NCBI GenBank assembly: GCA_005882975.1
Contig: VBAS01000086.1
Coordinates: 1 to 49,027, forward strand
Direction of reading: 5' to 3'
DNA: 49,027 nucleotides
Source: Bacteroidota bacterium
GTDB taxonomy: Bacteria; Bacteroidota; Bacteroidia; Chitinophagales; Chitinophagaceae
The notes under the pieces were generated by a model. It searched no databases. It worked only from the letters and a program-made list of their open reading frames with translations, and was not told the DNA's origin. Position 1 is the first letter of the stretch; every line of letters starts with the position of its first letter. This document shows, piece after piece, positions 26,768 through 35,302 of this stretch. A program made the translations under genes and the position numbers.

Positions 26768-28756
26768 ATGAAACAGATCCTTCTTTCTTTATTACTGGTA
26801 ACTGTATTTATAAGTTCAGCACAAAATGTGGATACTGTACGACACAATGTTGTACGACTTGGTAAAATTGTCGGCAAACATCTTAGCTGGAAAAAAGGCA
26901 ATAATGATTATTACTATTATTTTGAATTTAATGATCGGGGTCGTGGACCTGCAGTCACTTCGCACAGCAAAACTGACAGCAAGGGCAATATCATATTCCA
27001 GGAAATTACCGGTATAGATTATTTTAAAACCAAAGTAGAAGAAAAATTTGAAGTAAAAGCTGGCAAAGCTTCATGGAAAAATAAATTTGAAAATGAATCA
27101 GTGCCATATAAAGGCCAATTATACTCCAATATAAATGGTAACCCCGGTGAAATTGAACTCAGTTTACAGGTCTTAAAAAAATCTGCTTCAAAAAAAGTAA
27201 ACATACTTCCTTCTGGAACGCTTAATTACACTGTTGTCAAAGAAGAAACAGTGAAAGATGAAAAAAATAATAGTCTCACTATTCAGTTAATAAGTTTTTC
27301 AGGATTGGGAGGGCCGCCTAATTATTATTGGTTTATAAAGGATGGCCATTATTTTGGTAGCCTGAGCGATTGGACTTCTATTATTCAAGAAGGCTATGAA
27401 AAGAATATCGATATCCTTTTGCCTATTCAAAAAAAATTCGAAGATGGTTTTTATACCAATCTTGCTAAAGCAGTTACAGAAAAAAATAATACTGGTATCG
27501 CTATTAAAAATGTTACAGTATTTAATCCTGCAGAAGGAAGCACTTTTGTTAATGGCACTGTATTAATAAAAGATAACATAATTGAAAAAGTAGGCAATTC
27601 AACTTATGTCAAAATTCCCGCTGGTTATAAAGTGATCAATGGTACAAATAAATTTTTAATGCCCGGCCTTTGGGAAATGCATGGACATTTTTTTATGGGA
27701 GATGGACCAGTGATGCTTGCACAGGGTGTTACAAATTTAAGAGACATGGGGAATGGTGATGAACTCTGGAATGTGAAGAAAAGAGTGGAAGCAGATAGTA
27801 TTCTTGGTCCCGAGATCAATATCATTTCAGGATTTATTGATAAGGCCGGTGAGTTTGCTGCACCAACCGGAGCACTGATCAATTCATTGGAAGAAGGATT
27901 AAAGTATATAGACGATTATCATAAAAAAGGATGCCAGCAAATAAAATTGTACAGCTCAATAAATCCTGAATGGGTAAAACCATTGGCTGCTAAAGCACAT
28001 AGCTATGGAATGAGGGTCTGTGGTCACATTCCTGCATTTATGACGGCATCGCAGGCGATCGATGCGGGGTATGATGAGATCACACATTTAAATATGCTGA
28101 TGCTTAATTTTTTTGGTGATACCGTTGACACAAGAAATATGACCCGCTTCAGATTAGTCGGTAAAAAAGGAAATACAATTGATGTGAACAGCGAAGCAGT
28201 AAAAGAATTTATTCAAAAAATGAAAGATAAAAACATAAGTGTCGATCCTACTATCAGCATTTTTGAAAACATGTTCACAGATATGCCTGGTAAAATGGCC
28301 AAAGCTTATTCACCCATTGCAAAATACCTGCCATCAGAAGCAAAAAGAAGAGCATTGTCGGGAGGTTTTATTGATGATGAATCATTCGCCGTTCAGTATA
28401 GTAAATCATACGAGACAATGAAAAAATTATTAAAAGCCCTCTACGATAATGGCATCACCATACTTTCAGGAACTGATGGTGGCATTCTGCAGCATGAACT
28501 GGAAGTTTATAGCGAATGCGGCATTCCTAATTATGATGTATTAAGAATGGCAACTTATTTTCCGGCACAACAATATGGCTTGCTGGATAAATATGGAACA
28601 GTTGCTGAAGGCAAAATTGCGAACCTTATCTTAATTGATGGCGACCCGAAAAAAAATATCAAGGACATCCGCAAAATATACCTGACTATTAAAGAAGGAA
28701 AGATCTATTCGCCAAAAAAGATCTATGCTGCTTATGGATGGAAATATTATTATTGA
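26768..28756 (+). CDS. secreted amidohydrolase-family metallohydrolase with an N-terminal beta-rich domain
   Basis: Signal peptide from ATG 26768. HxH (WEMHGHF), later CGHIP / ITHLN, and SGTDGG metal-ligand contexts. Confidence 0.8.
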   Translation: MKQILLSLLLVTVFISSAQNVDTVRHNVVRLGKIVGKHLSWKKGNNDYYYYFEFNDRGRGPAVTSHSKTDSKGNIIFQEITGIDYFKTKVEEKFEVKAGKASWKNKFENESVPYKGQLYSNINGNPGEIELSLQVLKKSASKKVNILPSGTLNYTVVKEETVKDEKNNSLTIQLISFSGLGGPPNYYWFIKDGHYFGSLSDWTSIIQEGYEKNIDILLPIQKKFEDGFYTNLAKAVTEKNNTGIAIKNVTVFNPAEGSTFVNGTVLIKDNIIEKVGNSTYVKIPAGYKVINGTNKFLMPGLWEMHGHFFMGDGPVMLAQGVTNLRDMGNGDELWNVKKRVEADSILGPEINIISGFIDKAGEFAAPTGALINSLEEGLKYIDDYHKKGCQQIKLYSSINPEWVKPLAAKAHSYGMRVCGHIPAFMTASQAIDAGYDEITHLNMLMLNFFGDTVDTRNMTRFRLVGKKGNTIDVNSEAVKEFIQKMKDKNISVDPTISIFENMFTDMPGKMAKAYSPIAKYLPSEAKRRALSGGFIDDESFAVQYSKSYETMKKLLKALYDNGITILSGTDGGILQHELEVYSECGIPNYDVLRMATYFPAQQYGLLDKYGTVAEGKIANLILIDGDPKKNIKDIRKIYLTIKEGKIYSPKKIYAAYGWKYYY

Positions 28757-28768
28757 TAATAGAATGGA

Positions 28769-28844
28769 ACACGGATGACACTGATCAAACGGAATATCAC
28801 AGATAAAGATCAGTGAGAATCTTTCAAATCCGTGTCATCTGTGT
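28769..28844. repeat. imperfect palindrome made of CACNGAT heptamers
   Basis: Forward words are CACGGAT (28770), CACTGAT (28779), AACGGAA (28788) and CACAGAT (28798). Reverse words follow: ATCAGTG (28809), ATCTTTC (28819), ATCCGTG (28828) and ATCTGTG (28837). cactgatc/gatcagtg form an 8-bp stem. It fills the gap between convergent genes. Confidence 0.75.
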
Positions 28845-28853
28845 GCTATCAGT

Positions 28854-29951
28854 TCAAGCCTGCATCTCCAGTGGTTTAGTGATTGGCATTTGCGCATTCC
28901 GCATTGCAATACTTCTTACAGTAATTGCCGCGAATTCTTCAAATGCTTTTTTTGTGATCTCATCATCACTCACCATGATCGGCACACCCTGGTCACCGCC
29001 TTCACGTATGCTTTGCACCAATGGTATTTGACCAAGAAATGGAATATCATATTCTTCCGCCAATCTTTTTCCGCCGTCTTTTCCAAAAATGTAATATTTA
29101 TTATCTGGCAACTCGGCCGGTGTGAAGTAACTCATATTTTCAACCAACCCAATGATAGGAACATTCACTTGTGCCTGGCCAAACATTGCAATTCCTTTCT
29201 TCGCATCTGCCAATGCTACATCCTGCGGCGTTGTAACAATTACAACTCCGGTTACGGGTACTGTTTGTACTAATGTCAAATGAATATCTCCGGTCCCCGG
29301 TGGCATATCAACAACCAGGTAATCCAATTCACCCCAATATACATCCGTTACAAATTGACGAATAGCACTGCTTACCATAGGGCCTCGCCACACCACTGCA
29401 TTTTTTTCATCAACTAAAAGTCCTATGCTCATCAGCTTTATTCCAAAACGCTCAAGCGGTACGATCATTCCTTTATCACCGCCTACATCCATCATCATCG
29501 GTCTTTCTCCACGAACACCAAACATGATCGGCACACTTGGACCATAAATATCTGCATCCATCAAACCAACTTTTGCGCCGCCTTGCGATAATGCAAGAGC
29601 AAGATTTGCTGCCACAGTTGATTTACCAACGCCTCCTTTACCACTTACTACAGCAATAATATTTTTTACTTTCGGTAAAACAGAACCGGGGTCAGTTCTT
29701 TTTGTTGTTGTATTTGACGTGAAATTTACTTTTACGTTTGCCTCTTTATTCACTAATATCTTGATCGCATTCACACAAGCATTGCTGATCATGTCTTTCA
29801 TTGGGCACGCCGGTGTAGTGAGTACTACTGTAAATGACACATTATTTCCGCTGATCTCAATATCCTTAACCATATTTAACGTCACCAGGTCTTTTCCAAG
29901 GTCAGGTTCCTGCACATTACTTAGCGCTTCAAGAATTTTTTCAATTGTCAT
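28854..29951 (-). CDS. apbC: Mrp/NBP35-family Fe-S cluster carrier ATPase
   Basis: N-terminal DUF59/MIP18-like segment (EPDLGKDLVTLNMV). Deviant Walker A SGKGGVGKST. DMPPGTGD. Confidence 0.92.
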   Translation of the reverse strand: MTIEKILEALSNVQEPDLGKDLVTLNMVKDIEISGNNVSFTVVLTTPACPMKDMISNACVNAIKILVNKEANVKVNFTSNTTTKRTDPGSVLPKVKNIIAVVSGKGGVGKSTVAANLALALSQGGAKVGLMDADIYGPSVPIMFGVRGERPMMMDVGGDKGMIVPLERFGIKLMSIGLLVDEKNAVVWRGPMVSSAIRQFVTDVYWGELDYLVVDMPPGTGDIHLTLVQTVPVTGVVIVTTPQDVALADAKKGIAMFGQAQVNVPIIGLVENMSYFTPAELPDNKYYIFGKDGGKRLAEEYDIPFLGQIPLVQSIREGGDQGVPIMVSDDEITKKAFEEFAAITVRSIAMRNAQMPITKPLEMQA

Positions 29952-30051
29952 TTACAAGTATTTGTTAAAAGTATTTCGAAGCCGCAAAGTTAACCATTAA
30001 ACAACCGAATTTGTTTTACGAAATCAGCAACTTGTTGTTATTTTTGGCGCA

Positions 30052-30702
30052 GTGAAGAAAATTGTACAATACCTCATTTTACTGCTGTTTTTTATTCCCA
30101 AAACATCGAAAGCACAGTTTGAAAACGTTCGTGATTCCGTTGTCCAACTTTATGGCGTAGTGATGACTGCAGATAGCCTTGTCGGTATTCCGGCTGTGAG
30201 TGTCGTTATAAAAGGTCAAAACCGAGGAACCATCACAAATAATCAAGGGGTTTTTTCAATCGTGGTGCTTAAAGGAGATGTCATTGAGTTTACCCATATC
30301 AGTTATAAACCAAAAGTTGTTGCTATTCCAAAAAACCTTGAGGGCAATCAATATAGCGTGGTGCAACTGATGATAGCCGATACAGTTTATCTACCTGCGA
30401 CAATTATCCGGCCCCGACCTACTCCTGATCAGTTTGCCCGTGACTTCGCCAATACAAAAATCCCGGATGATGATTACGAGACTGCGAGAAAAAATACATC
30501 CGTTGCAAAGCGAAGAGCATTGATGCAAGGTATGCCTGCTGATGGCCGCGAAGCTGCCAACATACAATTGAAAAATGTTGCGACAAAAGCTTATTACGCT
30601 GGTGGACTTCCTCCTCAAAATATTTTTAATCCCGCAGCATGGATGGAATTTATCGAAGCCTGGAAACGCGGAGATTATAAGAAGAAAAAAACTACAGATT
30701 AG
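30052..30702 (+). CDS. CarboxypepD_reg-like domain protein, secreted
   Basis: GTG start and signal peptide. GVVMTADSLVGIPAVSVVIKGQNRGTITNNQGVFSI is the carboxypeptidase-regulatory-like fold pattern. Confidence 0.65.
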   Translation: MKKIVQYLILLLFFIPKTSKAQFENVRDSVVQLYGVVMTADSLVGIPAVSVVIKGQNRGTITNNQGVFSIVVLKGDVIEFTHISYKPKVVAIPKNLEGNQYSVVQLMIADTVYLPATIIRPRPTPDQFARDFANTKIPDDDYETARKNTSVAKRRALMQGMPADGREAANIQLKNVATKAYYAGGLPPQNIFNPAAWMEFIEAWKRGDYKKKKTTD

Positions 30703-30730
30703 ATCTTCCGATCTTAAAAGTTTTTGAGAA

Positions 30731-30789
30731 ATTATGTAGCCAGCTTTTGTAATTCTTATCACCTTCTGTTGCGTCGCACTCTTGTACAG
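30731..30789 (+). repeat. intergenic repeat, copy B
   Basis: Reverse complement matches 20681-20740 (about 76% by hand alignment). Same orientation relative to the flanking genes as copy A. Confidence 0.7.
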
Positions 30790-30859
30790 TCTGTTCTCTA
30801 TTCATCTTACTATTCAATTGTTACACTGAGCTTGACGAAGGAATCCAGCTTCTATCTCT

Positions 30860-30919
30860 CGCAGCGATCGCAACAATTGCGACCGAGTGCTACAAATGTT
30901 GTCCTTTGCGATCGCTGCG
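30860..30919. repeat. hairpin with perfect 14-bp arms, each containing GCGATCGC
   Basis: cgcagcgatcgcaa (30860-30873) pairs with ttgcgatcgctgcg (30906-30919), with a 32-nt loop. The right arm continues ...gcgtgaaattttt, like the hairpin at 22191-22211. Confidence 0.8.
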
Positions 30920-30972
30920 TGAAATTTTTCTTCTACCTATAAAATTTATTTACTTTTAATTAAATCAGCTAT

Positions 30973-31860
30973 ATGAAAAATATTTCTGTCATCGGAGCCG
31001 GTACAATGGGCAATGGCATTGCACATGTATTTGCACAAAATGGTTTTAAAGTTTCAATTGTGGATGTTTCGCTTACACAGTTGGACAGGGCTATTGCCAC
31101 TATCAGTAAAAATTTCGACAGGCAAATTGCAAAAGGAACTGTAACCGAAGAAGAGAAAAAAAATGCACTGGCAAATATTTCAATTTTCAGCAAAATAAAT
31201 GACGGAGTAAAAGATGCGGAGCTTATTGTGGAAGCCGCAACCGAAAACGTCGAGCTTAAATTAAAGATCTTCGAAGAAGTTGACAGGTTTGCGCCAAAGC
31301 AAACGATACTCGCAAGTAATACTTCATCGATCTCGATAACAAAGATCGCAAATGCAACAGGCCGGGCTGATAAAGTGATCGGCATGCACTTCATGAATCC
31401 TGTTCCTGTAATGAAACTTGTTGAAGTGATCAATGGCTATTCTACAAGCAAAGAAGTAACAAATACAATTGTTGAATTAAGTAAACAGCTTGGCAAAACG
31501 CCCTGTGTTGTTAATGATTATCCGGGCTTTATTGCCAATCGTATTTTAATGCCGATGATCAACGAAGCAATTTATAGTCTATATGAAGGCGTTGCCGGTG
31601 TAGAAGAAATTGATACCGTAATGAAACTGGGAATGGCACATCCCATGGGGCCATTGCAACTGGCAGATTTTATTGGCCTGGATGTTTGTCTGTCAATTTT
31701 AAATGTATTGCATGATGGCTTTGGCAATCCTAAATATGCACCATGTCCACTACTTGTAAATATGGTAACTGCTGGTAAGTTGGGCAATAAAAGTGGTGAA
31801 GGTTTTTATGTTTATAATGCGGGGAATAAAGAGTTCGTGGTAAGTGGAAGATTTAAATAA
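30973..31860 (+). CDS. hbd: 3-hydroxybutyryl-CoA / 3-hydroxyacyl-CoA dehydrogenase
   Basis: Rossmann motif VIGAGTMGNGIA. SNTSS, HFMNPVP, and the C-terminal domain with GMAHPMGPLQLADFIGLD. Confidence 0.93.
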   Translation: MKNISVIGAGTMGNGIAHVFAQNGFKVSIVDVSLTQLDRAIATISKNFDRQIAKGTVTEEEKKNALANISIFSKINDGVKDAELIVEAATENVELKLKIFEEVDRFAPKQTILASNTSSISITKIANATGRADKVIGMHFMNPVPVMKLVEVINGYSTSKEVTNTIVELSKQLGKTPCVVNDYPGFIANRILMPMINEAIYSLYEGVAGVEEIDTVMKLGMAHPMGPLQLADFIGLDVCLSILNVLHDGFGNPKYAPCPLLVNMVTAGKLGNKSGEGFYVYNAGNKEFVVSGRFK

Positions 31861-32019
31861 TACCGAATGCCAAAAGAAAAAATAATAACAGATCGAATTC
31901 CTTACTCCTAAATTATCCTCTCACTTTCATTACATTCTTTTTAAGAACAATAAAAATCAGACTCAGGCATCTATTTTGCACTCTATTAGCACCAAAACCA
32001 TTCTATAATAACAACCCTA

Positions 32020-32406
32020 ATGAATAAAGCCGAAAGACTGCACCAGCTTCATGAGAAAATGATAGCTGAAATTCAGGATTATGCGATCATTCTTCTTGAC
32101 ATCGATGGTACGATCCTTACCTGGAATAAGGGCGCAGAAGCTATAAAGGGCTATAAGGAAAAAGAAATTTTGGGGCAAAACTTTCGCATTTTTTATTTAC
32201 CAAGAGATAGAGAAGAAAAACTTCCTGAAAAATTAATTGATCTCGCCACACGAGAAGGCCGGGCCCGGCATATTGGAAGAAGAGTAAGAAAAGATGGATC
32301 AACTTTCTGGGGCAGCGTACTTATTACTGCGTTACATGATGATGATGGAGAAGTAATAGGCTTCACCAAGCTTACTAAAGAGCTCGGTGAAAATGAAATC
32401 GACTAA
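32020..32406 (+). CDS. stand-alone PAS domain protein
   Basis: 128 aa. DYAIILLDIDGTILTWNKGAEAIKGYKEKEILGQNFRIFY...GRRVRKDGSTFW...GFTKLTKE is a single PAS fold with no output domain. Confidence 0.8.
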   Translation: MNKAERLHQLHEKMIAEIQDYAIILLDIDGTILTWNKGAEAIKGYKEKEILGQNFRIFYLPRDREEKLPEKLIDLATREGRARHIGRRVRKDGSTFWGSVLITALHDDDGEVIGFTKLTKELGENEID

Positions 32407-32445
32407 TCTAATAGTTATCGGCATCAAAAAAAGGTAACTTAGAAA

Positions 32446-33285
32446 GTGAATATGGCACTCAGATCCTTCTTTGTTACTGTCTTTTCTATCATACAATTAT
32501 TTTTACCAGCCCAGGATATTTCAGGAGTGTGGGTTGGAAATTATAAACCATCTTTCTTTACTGCCACTCCGGAAAAATTGGTTGTTGAAATAGCTGTCTA
32601 TAATGATTCATTAATAACCGGCGCCTCCCATCTTTATTACAAGCACCAGCAATATGAACATTATAAAATCTATGGTGTATATAAAAAGAATGAATCAACC
32701 ATCTATTTTTCTGAGGACAGTACGATCGCCGTAAAGTTGGGACCAATGGATGAGAATTGTCTTGGTAATTATAAACTGAAACTAACCTCCACGGGAAATT
32801 TGCTAGAAATGAAAGGGAGATGGGAAGATAATTCTGTGAGCTTATTTCAATGTCCTCCTTCGGGTGTTTGGCTGGAAAAGAAGATTGATAAAAATATTAA
32901 ACAAACCCATGCAGCGCCAAAAGACAATAGACTCGAAAGAAGATCGGACATACAAAGTCTTGTTGAGATCAGCGATGTTGAAAAAGATTCTATCCTGATC
33001 GAATTATATGACAATGGCATTGTTGATAACGATTCCGCCTCCATTTACCTTGATGATTCTTTATTACTATTTAAACAGTTTGTTTCAGGCAAACCCATCT
33101 CACTATATATTTCCCTGGATAAACAACGGCCTATGAGTAAATTGAAGCTTATAGCTGAGAACCTCGGTTCAATACCACCATGTACTGTGCTTATGCTGAT
33201 CAGGACAAAGAAAAAAAGATACGAGGTAAATTTATCCAGTAATTTTAGTTCGAATGCTGTTGTTGAATTTTTTCTAAAAGAATAA
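32446..33285 (+). CDS. secreted hypothetical protein
   Basis: GTG 32446 or ATG 32452 start; signal peptide. No motif I can name with confidence. Confidence 0.55.
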   Translation: MNMALRSFFVTVFSIIQLFLPAQDISGVWVGNYKPSFFTATPEKLVVEIAVYNDSLITGASHLYYKHQQYEHYKIYGVYKKNESTIYFSEDSTIAVKLGPMDENCLGNYKLKLTSTGNLLEMKGRWEDNSVSLFQCPPSGVWLEKKIDKNIKQTHAAPKDNRLERRSDIQSLVEISDVEKDSILIELYDNGIVDNDSASIYLDDSLLLFKQFVSGKPISLYISLDKQRPMSKLKLIAENLGSIPPCTVLMLIRTKKKRYEVNLSSNFSSNAVVEFFLKE

Positions 33286-33292
33286 ATTATAC

Positions 33293-33322
33293 GAATAAAA
33301 AAATCCCCCGAAATCGGGGGAT
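33293..33322 (-). terminator. rho-independent terminator of the ECF-sigma operon (possibly bidirectional)
   Basis: tcccccg-aaat-cggggga hairpin. On the minus strand it is followed by a T7 run. Confidence 0.8.
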
Positions 33323-33353
33323 ACAAATCACTAAACTGTATAACCAAAAAAAG

Positions 33354-33761
33354 TTACTGTCTTGGAGGACCGCCACGGCCACGTAATGTTGGCTCGATCT
33401 GCTCTTTCCAAACTTTAAATTTATCATCTCCAAGAATAGGTTTTACTTTTCCATCCAGAGTTTCCATAAAAGGTTTCATCTTTTCCTGCATAGCTGCACG
33501 CATAGCATCACGATCGCCACCAGCACTTGCCATTGCTTCCTCACGAACTTTATCCTGCGCCTTGTAATAATCCAAATAAGCCGCATCCATATCTTTCATT
33601 TTTGCTTCATCCAACTTAAATGCGCTGTCAGCTTTAAAATGAACTCTTTTTACTCTCTCTTCAGGAGTTGGCATTTGAAAGCCACCACCGCCGCCTTGTG
33701 CAAACGATGGAGCTATGCCTGCCACCATCACAACCGCTAAAGCAATAATCGTTTTTTTCAT
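33354..33761 (-). CDS. secreted helical protein, function unknown (last gene of the ECF module)
   Basis: Signal peptide ending SFAQ, a GGGGG linker, then a Lys/Glu/Met-rich helical sequence. Confidence 0.55.
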   Translation of the reverse strand: MKKTIIALAVVMVAGIAPSFAQGGGGGFQMPTPEERVKRVHFKADSAFKLDEAKMKDMDAAYLDYYKAQDKVREEAMASAGGDRDAMRAAMQEKMKPFMETLDGKVKPILGDDKFKVWKEQIEPTLRGRGGPPRQ

Positions 33762-33798
33762 TTGTATGTATTTTATTTTTAAATTAAAAAGCTACTTA

Positions 33799-34308
33799 TT
33801 ATTTATTTTCTTTTTTATCAGATGGTCTGCGTGGACCATTATTACTGATAATTCTTTTTACGATCTGTTTTATGAACGAATCCATTTTTGGTTTCTGTTC
33901 TTCGTTACACAATGCTTTTATCGACTGGAAATAATGAAATGTACTGAGGTCAAGCTCCATTTGATTTTTGCCGATTTGGGAAGCATAAGAACTCAAAACA
34001 GAATCGCTGACATTTGGCTGATAAATAAGAGAGAAAAAATCTTCTTTTGATCTTGTGACCTGTTTAAACAAAGGTCTCATGGTCCTGAACTGCTGCGAAC
34101 GCAAAGAATCATATGCAACAGCCTGTTCATTATTTAATCCTACTTCATCCTTTACCTTCTGTATTGCCATTTTATGCATTTCATCTTCAGATGGCTTTGG
34201 CGGATGAGCAGGTTTGTTAAAGACAAAATAATACAAGAGCCCAATATTGGCGATCAGTAAAACACTTGTAATAAACAAGAGTATCCGGTTATTTCTTATA
34301 TAGCTCAT
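33799..34308 (-). CDS. membrane-anchored periplasmic Spy/CpxP-like (LTxxQ-type) protein
   Basis: N-terminal TM helix. LNNEQAVAYDSLRSQ and LCNEEQKPKMDSF resemble LTxxQ repeats. ATGA overlap with the upstream gene. Confidence 0.5.
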   Translation of the reverse strand: MSYIRNNRILLFITSVLLIANIGLLYYFVFNKPAHPPKPSEDEMHKMAIQKVKDEVGLNNEQAVAYDSLRSQQFRTMRPLFKQVTRSKEDFFSLIYQPNVSDSVLSSYASQIGKNQMELDLSTFHYFQSIKALCNEEQKPKMDSFIKQIVKRIISNNGPRRPSDKKENK

Positions 34309-34652
34309 TCGTTAGGCATGTTTTCGTAATCGTAATTGTCTACCGAAGCCACTACATTATATTCATTTGCCAATTCAGAAACATTAGCACTATCGCCATT
34401 GACACCAGCATTGTCATTAGAATCAGATCCTAAAAGGGCCCATCCATTCACTGCCATTACCAACAAAACGATCGCCAGGGCTATAGCCGGCCTGCTGATA
34501 AAAGAAAAAGTTCTTTCCCACGCACTATCTTTTTTAGCCATCCGGGCTTTGATGCGGGTAAAAAGAAAAGGATTTGCTTCGGCCCTTTTTACGCCATCAA
34601 GGCATAGAAGCGTTTGCTCGATCTCTTGTTGTATTTTTTCTTTAGATGTCAT
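34305..34652 (-). CDS. putative anti-sigma factor (small single-pass membrane protein)
   Basis: 115 aa with one central TM helix. Sits directly downstream of the ECF sigma gene. Confidence 0.5.
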   Translation of the reverse strand: MTSKEKIQQEIEQTLLCLDGVKRAEANPFLFTRIKARMAKKDSAWERTFSFISRPAIALAIVLLVMAVNGWALLGSDSNDNAGVNGDSANVSELANEYNVVASVDNYDYENMPNE

Positions 34653-34690
34653 TTTACTGGTAATTTGACGATTTATAAGATTGATTCCTT

Positions 34691-35266
34691 CTACTTGTAA
34701 TGTTTATTATAATACTCTCCGAGTTCTTTCCTAAGGTTTTGATTTGCACGACTCATCAGCGATTCTACTGCCGATACTGTAGTATTTAACACTTCGCTTA
34801 CATCCCGGTAACTAAGTCCTTCCAGCTTATGCAAGGTGTAAGCGGTCTTCTGATTTTCCGGCAAGCTTTCTATTGCTTTAAAAAGAACTGCGGCCCTTTC
34901 TTTATTGTCAAGGCTAACACCGGGGTGATGAAAATCGGGAATCATATCTTTTTCATCACTACCACCTCCTAAAGATTGCAAAAAGCCAAATCTCTTCTTT
35001 CTTTTTTTACTCCGTAAATGGTCCAGTGCTGTTGTCGTCGCAATCCGGTAAAGCCAGGTCGAAAACTTTGAATCGCCTTTAAACGTATTGATCTTTTCAA
35101 ACACTTTTATAAAAACGTCTTGTGCCAGGTCTTCCGCTTCAGTCTCATTTTGTACGATCCCGAGGATCGTATTATAAACCATGTCCTTCCACTGCTCTAC
35201 AATAGTTTTGAATGCAGTCTCATCTCCCTGTTTCAGTTGCTCTATTAATTCCGTTTCGTTGATCAA
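34691..35266 (-). CDS. ECF-type RNA polymerase sigma-70 factor
   Basis: Region 2 (DLAQDVFIKVF...FSTWLYRIA) and region 4 HTH (LSYRDVSEVLNTTVSAVESLMSRA). Confidence 0.9.
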   Translation of the reverse strand: MINETELIEQLKQGDETAFKTIVEQWKDMVYNTILGIVQNETEAEDLAQDVFIKVFEKINTFKGDSKFSTWLYRIATTTALDHLRSKKRKKRFGFLQSLGGGSDEKDMIPDFHHPGVSLDNKERAAVLFKAIESLPENQKTAYTLHKLEGLSYRDVSEVLNTTVSAVESLMSRANQNLRKELGEYYNKHYK

Positions 35267-35302
35267 GGGTGGTCATTGGTTTTCGGTTTTCAATTTAGGC
35301 AA

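Noticed and set aside
28769-28844. Possible mini-CRISPR because of regularly spaced short repeats
   Set aside because: The repeat units are only 7 nt with 2-3 nt spacers and are arranged as an inverted, not direct, array. There are no cas genes. This is a palindromic REP-like element.
30860-30919. GCGATCGC octamers (identical to the cyanobacterial HIP1 palindrome)
   Set aside because: I noticed only two copies in the window, both as part of one hairpin's arms. Everything else about the sequence is Bacteroidota-like, so this is not evidence of a HIP1-type genome feature.
30724-30942. 72-aa ORF (TTG start) spanning the repeat and hairpin upstream of hbd
   Set aside because: The homologous repeat copy at 20681-20740 has an in-frame stop in the corresponding frame. 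The ORF runs straight through a perfect hairpin and has a Cys/Ser/Leu-rich nonsense-like composition. It is best explained as noncoding.
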